Source: a virus | DNA: 10,921 nt | Direction: 5' to 3' (one strand) | Virus genome (UHGV): UHGV-0414405 | Part shown: piece after piece, positions 1 to 6,125 of the stretch | Numbering within the stretch: the first letter of the stretch is position 1 | How the letters are laid out: each line of letters begins with the position of its first letter | Position numbers and translations under genes: made by a program | Notes under the pieces: model-generated | Database searches by the model: none | What the model was told of the DNA's origin: nothing | What the model saw: only the letters and a program-made list of their open reading frames with translations

Positions 1-200
1 AGGGACTGAATCAGACTAAAACGGAGTTTTTCCGCGACGGTATGCCGCGCAGGATTGAGTTCACCCTGTCGCTAAAACGCGTGGATGAATCCCTGTCCGA
101 TATGTTCGGTGATCTCAGTGCGCAACTGAATAATCTGCAGGGAACGGAAACATCTGCCTTAAGCGATATCAGTAAAACGGTGGGAGGGCTGCTGTCGTGA
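1..200 (+). CDS. U: Phage tail protein U (gpU-like), C-terminal fragment; 5' end lies outside the window
   Basis: Frame-3 reading frame is open from the window start to TGA at 198-200 (hand translation ...GLNQTKTEFFRDGMPRRIEFTLSLKRVDESLSDMFGDLSAQLNNLQGTETSALSDISKTVGGLLS*). The stop overlaps the GTG start of the next gene (GTGA). Assignment is by position immediately upstream of D and ogr, as in P2. Confidence 0.55.
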   Translation, partial: GLNQTKTEFFRDGMPRRIEFTLSLKRVDESLSDMFGDLSAQLNNLQGTETSALSDISKTVGGLLS

Positions 201-1297
201 ATTTCAGCTCTGAACTGCTTAACAAAGGCAACAAAACTCCGGCATTCAGCATCAGTATTGAAGGCAGGGATATCACCACTGTGCTGGACAACCGCCTGAT
301 GGGGCTGACGCTGACGGATAACCGGGGATTTGAAGCGGACCAGCTTGATCTGGAGCTGGACGACGCCGATGGAAAAATCGTGCTGCCGCGCCGTGGTGCG
401 GTCATTACGCTGGCGCTGGGCTGGAAGGGGCAGCCGCTTTTCCCGAAAGGGGCATTCACGGTGGACGAGATTGAACACACTGGCGCACCGGACCGCCTGA
501 CTATCCGGGCGCGAAGTGCTGATTTTCGGGAAACCCTGAATACCCGCCGTGAAAAATCGTGGCATAACACCACCATCGGGGAAGTGGTGAAGGAAATAGC
601 CGCGCGGCACAAGCTGAAGATGGCACTGGGTAAAGAGCTGTCGGATAAGCCCGTGGAGCATATAGACCAGACTAATGAGAGTGACGGCAGTTTTCTGATG
701 CGACTGGCGCGACAGTACGGTGCCATCGCGTCGGTGAAAAATGGCAATCTGTTATTCATCCGGCAGGGGCAGGGCAAAAGCGCCACTGGTAAACCACTGC
801 CAGTGATCACTATCACACGCAAGGACGGCGACAGTCACCGCTTTACCCTGGCAGATCGCGGAGCCTACACGGGCGTAATTGCCAGCTGGTTGCATACCCG
901 TGACCCTGCGAAGAAAGAAAGCACCACGGTGAAGCGTAAGCGCAGAACTAAGAAGCAGAAGAAAGAGCCGGAAGCGAAGCAGGGCGATTACCTGGTGGGT
1001 ACGGATGAAAACGTGCTGGTACTTAATCGCACTTATGCCAACCGGAGCAACGCCGAACGAGCGGCGAAAATGCAGTGGGAACGCCTGCAACGCGGCGTTG
1101 CGTCATTCTCGCTACAACTGGCGGAAGGGCGGGCAGATCTCTACACGGAAATGCCAGTGAAAGTCAGTGGCTTTAAACAGCCGATAGATGATGCGGAATG
1201 GACTATTACCACCCTGACGCATACTGTCAGCCCGGATAACGGTTTTACGACCAGTCTGGAGCTTGAAGTGAAGATTGATGATTTCGAAATGGAATGA
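197..1297 (+). CDS. D: Phage late control/tail protein D (gpD-like), 366 aa
   Basis: Long ORF with GTG start preceded by GGGAGGG (183-189). It sits between the U-like fragment and ogr, matching the P2 order U-D-ogr. Codon usage and GC match the phage backbone. Family call is by synteny and size, not a verified alignment. Confidence 0.8.
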   Translation: MNFSSELLNKGNKTPAFSISIEGRDITTVLDNRLMGLTLTDNRGFEADQLDLELDDADGKIVLPRRGAVITLALGWKGQPLFPKGAFTVDEIEHTGAPDRLTIRARSADFRETLNTRREKSWHNTTIGEVVKEIAARHKLKMALGKELSDKPVEHIDQTNESDGSFLMRLARQYGAIASVKNGNLLFIRQGQGKSATGKPLPVITITRKDGDSHRFTLADRGAYTGVIASWLHTRDPAKKESTTVKRKRRTKKQKKEPEAKQGDYLVGTDENVLVLNRTYANRSNAERAAKMQWERLQRGVASFSLQLAEGRADLYTEMPVKVSGFKQPIDDAEWTITTLTHTVSPDNGFTTSLELEVKIDDFEME

Positions 1298-1387
1298 TTC
1301 TTCGCAATGGAGAACTTTTAAGTTTTCAAAATGGAATAATGCGGTATCATTATTGTGAATTCAGCAAAAATGGGGAGAGCTCGAAAA

Positions 1388-1606
1388 ATGATGATTTGCC
1401 CACTGTGTGGAAGTGCCGCCCATACTCGCAGCAGTTTTCAGGTATCTTCATTGACCAAAGAGCGTTACAACCAGTGCCAGAACATTAACTGCAGCCATAC
1501 TTTTGTTACCCATGAAACTTTTGTTCGTTCGATTGCAACGCCAAAAGAGTCAAATCCGGTTCAGCCGCATCCTCATAAATTTAAACAGGTGGGTTTGCCG
1601 ATTTAA
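1388..1606 (+). CDS. ogr: Ogr-type late-gene transcriptional activator (zinc finger), 72 aa
   Basis: ATG at 1388 is preceded by GGGGAGAG (1372-1379). Translation MMICPLCGSAAHTRSSFQVSSLTKERYNQCQNINCSHTF... has Cys-x2-Cys-x22-Cys-x4-Cys spacing, the Ogr/Delta zinc-finger signature, at the right size and position downstream of D. The listed ORF 1355..1606 is an in-frame upstream extension without an RBS. Confidence 0.9.
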   Translation: MMICPLCGSAAHTRSSFQVSSLTKERYNQCQNINCSHTFVTHETFVRSIATPKESNPVQPHPHKFKQVGLPI

Positions 1607-1670
1607 ATGGCGACATAACTACATGATTTAAAACTATACTTTTCTATAAGTTGAGGTTAAATTAACAATG

Positions 1671-1847
1671 CCTGACGTTAGCGGGGATTTATCCCCACTC
1701 CGTAGATATGTAGTTTGTCGCTTTGCGACTGCGGACCGATTACCTGATTGCCATGTAATCGGACGCCGACTTGTTAAGCTTTCTGGGCTAACTGGTTGTT
1801 ATTTTTTATTTAGTTAGGGCCATGCGCTTGCGCTAAGAGACGTCAGG
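1671..1847 (+). ncRNA. Candidate retron-like structured ncRNA (msr/msd-like) upstream of the RT gene
   Basis: A non-coding stretch is bracketed by an interrupted inverted repeat: CCTGACGT-TAGCG (1671-1683) and CGCTA-agag-ACGTCAGG (1831-1847). It begins with TTAGCG, as in classical retron msr around the branching G. Local hairpins: GGGGAT/ATCCCC (1683-1696), GTCGC-ttt-GCGAC (1717-1729), CCGATTAC-11 nt-GTAATCGG (1736-1762). No long frame-1 or frame-3 ORF here. Exact ends and strand are inferred. Confidence 0.35.
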
Positions 1848-1867
1848 TATCTATGGAGGAACAAGTT

Positions 1868-2041
1868 ATGGATACAAACGAACTTGGCTTAGTTAAGGCG
1901 CGTGTTGAACTGATCACCGCTATGCTCAAATGCGCAACCGCGTTTGTTGGCTTAGTTGGTGCGGTTTACGCCGTTCTTAACATGGCCTTCAACTACAACA
2001 ATTTAACTCATGACAATAGAAGTTCAAAGGTGGGAAGATAA
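1868..2041 (+). CDS. Small hypothetical protein (57 aa) with one predicted hydrophobic helix; overlaps the RT start
   Basis: ATG at 1868 with GGAGGA (1855-1860) 7 nt upstream. Translation MDTNELGLVKARVELITAMLKCATAFVGLVGAVYAVLNMAFNYNNLTHDNRSSKVGR contains a ~17-residue hydrophobic segment. It overlaps the RT ORF by 32 nt in another frame. It could instead be the displaced N-terminus of a frameshifted RT, or non-coding RNA. Confidence 0.35.
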   Translation: MDTNELGLVKARVELITAMLKCATAFVGLVGAVYAVLNMAFNYNNLTHDNRSSKVGR

Positions 2042-2783
2042 ATTTGAGATTAAGCCCGGGGTTTGGGTTTATGTCCCAAGCGTTGAGGCACGTAAAGTCG
2101 GAGGGAAGATACTTCAGGCTGTCAGAAACAAGTGGATTCCGCCACTCTATTTTTACCATCTAAGAACTGGTGGGCATCTTAAAGCTGCCAGATTACACTT
2201 AAAAAGTGATTTTTTTGCCGTTGTTGATATTAAACAATTTTTTCAGTCAACGAGCCGTAGTCGTATCACCCGTGATCTAAAGAGCTACTTCACCTATTCT
2301 CAAGCGCGGGAAATCTCAACATTTTCAACTGTAAGAAACTTGTCCCATAGTCCACATAAGCATGTCCTCCCTTTTGGTTTTGTTCAATCTCCAATACTTG
2401 CAACCCTCTGCTTAGATAAAAGTTATTTTGGTAGCTTACTACGCCGATTGAACAAACATCATGATCTCAAGCTAAGTGTGTTTATGGATGATGTGATCAT
2501 CTCGTCAAACGATTTGGCCCAATTACAAGCGGCTTACGACGAAGCACTAGTGGCAATGCGTAAATCTGGTTATCAAGCCAACATGAGTAAAACTCAGGCA
2601 CCATCGTCAAAGATTAGCGTGTTTAATTTAACTTTGAGTAAGGGAGTTATGAAAGTCACATCTCAGAAAATGAGTGACTTCCTGATTGATTTCTATTCAA
2701 GCAATTATGAGCCGCACAGAATAGGGGTCAAAAACTACGTCGAAGCTGTTAATCCAGGGCAAGCGAAACTCTTTAAGTTGTAA
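2010..2783 (+). CDS. Reverse transcriptase, compact retron-like (257 aa)
   Basis: RT motifs in canonical order: motif A SDFFAVVDIKQFF (Asp at 2226-2228), motif B' LPFGFVQSP (from 2367), motif C FMDD (2481-2492), motif D/E QANMSKT, then KVTSQ where retron RTs carry VTG. An in-frame TAA at 2004-2006 fixes the start at ATG 2010, which has no obvious SD. GC is lower than in neighbouring phage genes. Confidence 0.8.
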   Translation: MTIEVQRWEDKFEIKPGVWVYVPSVEARKVGGKILQAVRNKWIPPLYFYHLRTGGHLKAARLHLKSDFFAVVDIKQFFQSTSRSRITRDLKSYFTYSQAREISTFSTVRNLSHSPHKHVLPFGFVQSPILATLCLDKSYFGSLLRRLNKHHDLKLSVFMDDVIISSNDLAQLQAAYDEALVAMRKSGYQANMSKTQAPSSKISVFNLTLSKGVMKVTSQKMSDFLIDFYSSNYEPHRIGVKNYVEAVNPGQAKLFKL

Positions 2784-2855
2784 TTGCGATCGCATGTAGT
2801 AGGAACTGGGCTTGACTGAATGCCTGCCGCCATTTTGCCGCCACTACCAAAGAAA

Positions 2856-2883
2856 AAGGGGCTACGCTTTCACGTAACCCCTT
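2856..2883. terminator. Bidirectional intrinsic terminator hairpin next to the ssrA-derived att core
   Basis: Stem AAGGGG(c)TACG / CGTA(a)CCCCTT (2856-2866 with 2873-2883), loop CTTTCA. T-rich tracts follow on both strands: GATTTATTT on + and TTTCTTTGG on the minus strand. On the minus strand it lies directly 3' of the tmRNA CCA end, so it likely doubles as the ssrA terminator after integration and as the RT-operon terminator. Confidence 0.5.
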
Positions 2884-2891
2884 GATTTATT

Positions 2892-2936
2892 TGGTGGAGC
2901 TGGCGGGAGTTGAACCCGCGTCCGAAATTCCTACAT
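2892..2936 (-). other. Phage attachment-site core: ~45-nt copy of the 3' end of ssrA (tmRNA)
   Basis: Reverse complement of 2892-2936 reads ATGTAGGAATTTCGGACGCGGGTTCAACTCCCGCCAGCTCCACCA, which matches my recollection of the 3' terminus (T-arm, acceptor, CCA) of enterobacterial tmRNA. The match ends abruptly at 2937. Only the 3' tail is present, flanked on both sides by phage genes. Confidence 0.6.
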
Positions 2937-2960
2937 ACCATTATTACTATAGCAAAAACA

Positions 2961-2988
2961 TTAACTTGCGTTTAAAATCAGCAAGTTA
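2961..2988 (-). terminator. Candidate intrinsic terminator for the int-membrane-protein transcript
   Basis: Inverted repeat TTAACTTGC (2961-2969) / GCAAGTTA (2981-2988) with an 11-nt loop, 34 nt downstream of the minus-strand ORF stop at 3022. On the minus strand it is followed by TGTTTTTGCT (reverse complement of 2951-2960). Confidence 0.45.
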
Positions 2989-3021
2989 GTATTATCTTGT
3001 GTTTGTCCGTTTTACTCATTT

Positions 3022-4068
3022 TTAATGCTCTGTCGCCAATCTGTCGCCATTGTAGGTCAACGAAGGTTGAGCCTTCCCTTTGTTTGTTACAATTTCATCA
3101 AAGATAGCTGGATTATTATCTTTCAGTAATCTTGCTAGTATAATGATTTGCCCAGACGAGCCATCATCCTTGAATGAAAGGAAATTATCGGTAATATCAA
3201 GAATATCAATGGTAAATTTGAAGTAGGTTTCAATTGTATCGCCAAGTTCAATGCTGGACATGAAGTTGGTAATCATTTCATATCCATCAAAGTATAAAGT
3301 TGCATGTTCATTTAACTCCATTGGAGTTAGGCAAAGCATTCGATTAAGTTCGGATAAGTGTTTTTCTATTGAATGAAGAGATTGCATTTGACGGATTAAA
3401 ACTTCGTCTAACTGAGAGCCACGATTAGATGAATGTATCTTCTCTAGGTTTTTTAGTATATCAACCCAGTGATTATTTACTTCACGTATGTATTCTTTAT
3501 CTGTATTTTTAGGCCGTCCCTTCTCTGGTGAGCTATTTATGAAAATATATCTATATAGATGTATTGGGTAGTTAATTTTATAACTTATCTCTTTAGTACC
3601 ATAATGACGTTCGCGTTTAATGGTTTTGTTAGGTAAATTGGTGAAATAATCAGTAACGAACTTTAGATGGCTATAGTAGCTATCAGATAGATTCTTTTGC
3701 TTGGTTTCCTCAATTTGTCGGTTTGTTTGAACTGTGCGGTGTATGTTTGCTACGACAGCAACAAATGGTATGGACAAAGAAAGTAAGGCGATAGGAAGCT
3801 TGCTAATTGCAATGAAATTATTAAAGCCCTCACTATCAAATTGAGGGGAGTGTCCAAGCCAGGAAAATATACCAAAGTATATCGCTGAAAATACAGGAAT
3901 CCTAAGTGATTGTTTAAATAAGTATTGACTTGTTAATGGCCTTTCATCCATGTTAAAGCCTTTTTTTGATACGCATAGATATAATTCAAGGCATATATAT
4001 ATAAAATATATTATGATAAGTAAGTACGATATCCATGGGTATTGTTGGATATAGTTATTAACAAGCAC
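3022..4068 (-). CDS. AT-rich hypothetical membrane protein (N-terminal TM helices plus ~230-aa soluble domain); accessory moron downstream of int
   Basis: Longest ORF begins at GTG 4068, overlapping the int stop by 11 nt (348 aa). The first in-frame ATG is at 3951-3949 (309 aa), preceded by AAAAAAAGG. Hydrophobic segments: IPVFSAIYFGIFSWLG and FIAISKLPIALLSLSIPFVAVVANI, plus WISYLLIIIYFIYICLELYLCV if the longer start is real. Strongly AT-rich relative to the backbone. No motif I can assign to a family. Confidence 0.55.
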   Translation of the reverse strand: MLVNNYIQQYPWISYLLIIIYFIYICLELYLCVSKKGFNMDERPLTSQYLFKQSLRIPVFSAIYFGIFSWLGHSPQFDSEGFNNFIAISKLPIALLSLSIPFVAVVANIHRTVQTNRQIEETKQKNLSDSYYSHLKFVTDYFTNLPNKTIKRERHYGTKEISYKINYPIHLYRYIFINSSPEKGRPKNTDKEYIREVNNHWVDILKNLEKIHSSNRGSQLDEVLIRQMQSLHSIEKHLSELNRMLCLTPMELNEHATLYFDGYEMITNFMSSIELGDTIETYFKFTIDILDITDNFLSFKDDGSSGQIIILARLLKDNNPAIFDEIVTNKGKAQPSLTYNGDRLATEH

Positions 4069-5098
4069 TTTCTAATTTTCTCCATCCAAGGTTAGCAAGA
4101 GGATTTTTGGTTACAGCATCTTCCAGATGGTCGGGAGCGAAGTGGGCGTAAATCATTGTCATTTTTATATCGACATGGCCCAGAATATCGCGCAGCACCA
4201 GTATGTTTCCGCCATTCATCATAAAGTGACTTGCAAATGTATGTCGTAATACGTGTGTGCATTGCCCTTCTGGTAGCTCGATACCAGCTCGTTTTACCGC
4301 ACGTTCAAAAGCTTTCCTACAAGGTGTAAATAATTTCCCCCTATTCTTAGGCAGTTCTTCATATAAATCCTTTGAAATAGGCACTGTTCGGTTTTTCTTT
4401 CCTTTAGTCTTGGTATAAGTGATACGGTATTTTGATACCTGATGACTCTGTAGGTTTTCGGCTTCGCTCCAGCGTGCGCCGGTGGCCAAGCATATTTTTG
4501 CAATCATCAGCAGACTGGGGCTTTGAGAATCAGCACAGGCATCCAGCAGACGTTTAATTTCTTCCGGGGTCAGGAACGCCAATTCACCCTCAGCAATTTT
4601 AAATGTTGGCAGCCCAGCAAGCGGGTTGGGGGCTGACCAGTGGCCCAGCTTTTTCAGTGTACCAAAAACAGATGATAGGTTGCGCTGTTCAAGATTTACC
4701 GTGCGGGGCTTAACGGGCGACATAAGCGTGCCATCTTCATTTCGTACTTCACCTTTTAACCGTGCTTCGCGGTATTTCGTAAACTCACCAGCTGTCAGTT
4801 CTGAGGCGATGGGATCGCCTAGACCATTACAGATAATTCTAAGTTTCGCCATGAGGCGCTTGGGGTCTGCGAGTGTTTGACCATACAGGGAATACCACAG
4901 CTCAATTAATTCTGATAGATGTCGCCGATCTTCCTTTTCCCCTAGCCATGGTTTTTTGTTCACTTCTTCCATTGTGAAGCTTTCAAACGCAATGGCTTCG
5001 CCTTTGGTAGCAAATTGCTTACGCACGCGCTTACCATTGCGTCCATTGGGATAGCACTCACACAACCATTTTCCGTTCGGCTGTTTTCTGATGGTCAT
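4058..5098 (-). CDS. int: Tyrosine site-specific integrase (P2/186-type), 346 aa
   Basis: C-terminal catalytic region CTHVLRHTFASHFMMNGGNILVLRDILGHVDIKMTMIYAH (H-x-x-R ... Y) plus upstream ATGARWSE (Arg box). ATG at 5098-5096 lies 3 nt after the cI stop, consistent with a cI-int operon. Located next to the att core. Confidence 0.92.
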   Translation of the reverse strand: MTIRKQPNGKWLCECYPNGRNGKRVRKQFATKGEAIAFESFTMEEVNKKPWLGEKEDRRHLSELIELWYSLYGQTLADPKRLMAKLRIICNGLGDPIASELTAGEFTKYREARLKGEVRNEDGTLMSPVKPRTVNLEQRNLSSVFGTLKKLGHWSAPNPLAGLPTFKIAEGELAFLTPEEIKRLLDACADSQSPSLLMIAKICLATGARWSEAENLQSHQVSKYRITYTKTKGKKNRTVPISKDLYEELPKNRGKLFTPCRKAFERAVKRAGIELPEGQCTHVLRHTFASHFMMNGGNILVLRDILGHVDIKMTMIYAHFAPDHLEDAVTKNPLANLGWRKLESAC

Positions 5099-5101
5099 AA
5101 G

Positions 5102-5734
5102 TTAGAGGTTCTTGATTACTTTGACTGCACGTCCTACGACTTCCACATCATCTACAGAACATTCAAATGAAGTGTCATCTTGGTTAACTACTATTTTGTT
5201 TCCGGGTATGCGCGCAATTTTGACGATGCTTTTAACTCCGTCCATATCGACTAACCAGAAGCCATTACTGACTTGTTTAACAGACGTATCCACTACAAAG
5301 CTATCATTAGCTGTTTTAACAAATAAAGCGTTGGATGAGTCACCATCGAGCAGGCTGCTATCAAGAAGAATTTCATCACTTGGCTGCAGTTCGCCGTTCT
5401 TCAGTTCAACACGTTTGATGCTAGGAGCAACGATCTTAGAAAGTGTTCTTACAGTGACGGGAGGTTCACTTTTGAGATTTGTTTCTTCGTTCTCACACGC
5501 ATACATATCTCCTTGACCAGTAGCCAGCCATAGAAGGGAAGCTCCTGTTTCAAGGGCACATTGGATTACCCATTCGGCAGGGAAGCTATCCCTTAAGTAT
5601 CTGTTAGCCATAGTGCTTTTTGATACTTCCAGATGTTCGCAGAGCTGCTGTCGTGAGCTGAAGTTGTAAGCCTTAATAAGCCTATTAATCGCATCGCGCC
5701 CACCACTATCATTCCCCGCCTTGATTAAACTCAT
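5102..5734 (-). CDS. cI: CI-type immunity repressor (HTH N-terminal domain, 186-CI-like architecture), 210 aa
   Basis: ATG at 5734-5732 is preceded by AAGAGG (reverse complement of 5742-5747). N-terminal HTH-like segment SRQQLCEHLEVSKSTMANRYLR. Divergent from the early operon and directly upstream of int. I see no S24 peptidase motif (no G-D-S-M ... K). Confidence 0.8.
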   Translation of the reverse strand: MSLIKAGNDSGGRDAINRLIKAYNFSSRQQLCEHLEVSKSTMANRYLRDSFPAEWVIQCALETGASLLWLATGQGDMYACENEETNLKSEPPVTVRTLSKIVAPSIKRVELKNGELQPSDEILLDSSLLDGDSSNALFVKTANDSFVVDTSVKQVSNGFWLVDMDGVKSIVKIARIPGNKIVVNQDDTSFECSVDDVEVVGRAVKVIKNL

Positions 5735-5745
5735 AATCAAACCTC

Positions 5746-5774
5746 TTGACGTATATAAAAAGTGATCCTAATAT
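5746..5774 (+). promoter_or_regulatory. Candidate early lytic promoter (pR-like), sigma70 type
   Basis: TTGACG (5746-5751), 17-bp spacer, TAATAT (5769-5774), reading toward the Cox/Apl-like gene. It overlaps the cI ribosome-binding region on the other strand. Confidence 0.5.
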
Positions 5775-5850
5775 CCATTCATGGTTTGAAAAGCAAAACC
5801 AAACCACATAAAACAAGATAAAACGAAACCAAACTAAGAGATACTGCACT

Positions 5851-6093
5851 ATGAGTACTGATATTTCAATTCGTGTACCTAAAGAGATGGCAACGCCTGC
5901 TGAGTTCGCGGAATGGGAAGGTATCTCCCGCGGCTCCGTGTATCAAAAAATTCACCATGGTCAGCTTGCTAAATACATGGTCAAGAAAGAAAAAAACAAA
6001 GGCCGCGTAAGCCTGCGTTATTTAATGTACAAAACCGATCAGGTCCGTGAATCCCTCGGTCATTCCAACTTCCGCGTCATTGTTGGTAAGTAA
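5851..6093 (+). CDS. apl: Cox/Apl-family excisionase and transcriptional regulator (80 aa)
   Basis: First gene of the rightward operon, divergent from cI. The segment PAEFAEWEGISRGSVYQKIHHGQLA resembles the P2 Cox HTH region (...EFAKLIGKSTGAVRRMIDKGKLP...) as I recall it. Size is typical. Confidence 0.6.
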   Translation: MSTDISIRVPKEMATPAEFAEWEGISRGSVYQKIHHGQLAKYMVKKEKNKGRVSLRYLMYKTDQVRESLGHSNFRVIVGK

Positions 6094-6125
6094 GTTCAAT
6101 TATGAGAACTTTCTAAGGGGCTAGC

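Noticed and set aside
11-822. Minus-strand ORFs 11..661 (216 aa) and 169..822 (217 aa)
   Set aside because: They lie antisense to the U/D tail genes, are Arg/Ser/Pro-rich with low complexity and have no RBS. These are typical shadow ORFs of a GC-balanced coding region.
752-1090. Minus-strand ORF 752..1090 (112 aa)
   Set aside because: Antisense inside gpD with no start context. Spurious.
1294-1488. ORF 1294..1488 (+, 64 aa) and the N-terminal extension of the ogr frame from 1355
   Set aside because: 1294..1488 overlaps ogr out of frame with no RBS. The ogr frame has its SD-supported ATG at 1388, so the 1355 start is an over-extension.
2010-2783. Assigning the RT to the Abi-P2/AbiK class known from P2-like prophage variable loci
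   Set aside because: Those RTs are roughly twice this size and are not preceded by an inverted-repeat-bracketed ncRNA. The KVTSQ segment and upstream structure fit a retron-like RT better, though this needs a profile search.
2892-2936. Calling a tmRNA (ssrA) gene
   Set aside because: Only the 3'-terminal ~45 nt are present. The match stops at 2937 and the remaining ~320 nt of tmRNA are absent. This is an att-site copy, not a functional RNA gene.
4294-4880. ORFs 4294..4503 (-, 69 aa) and 4626..4880 (+, 84 aa)
   Set aside because: Both are embedded in the integrase gene in other frames or on the opposite strand, with no independent signals.
5112-5516. ORF 5112..5516 (+, 134 aa)
   Set aside because: Antisense to the CI repressor gene, Ser/Thr/Leu-rich with low complexity.
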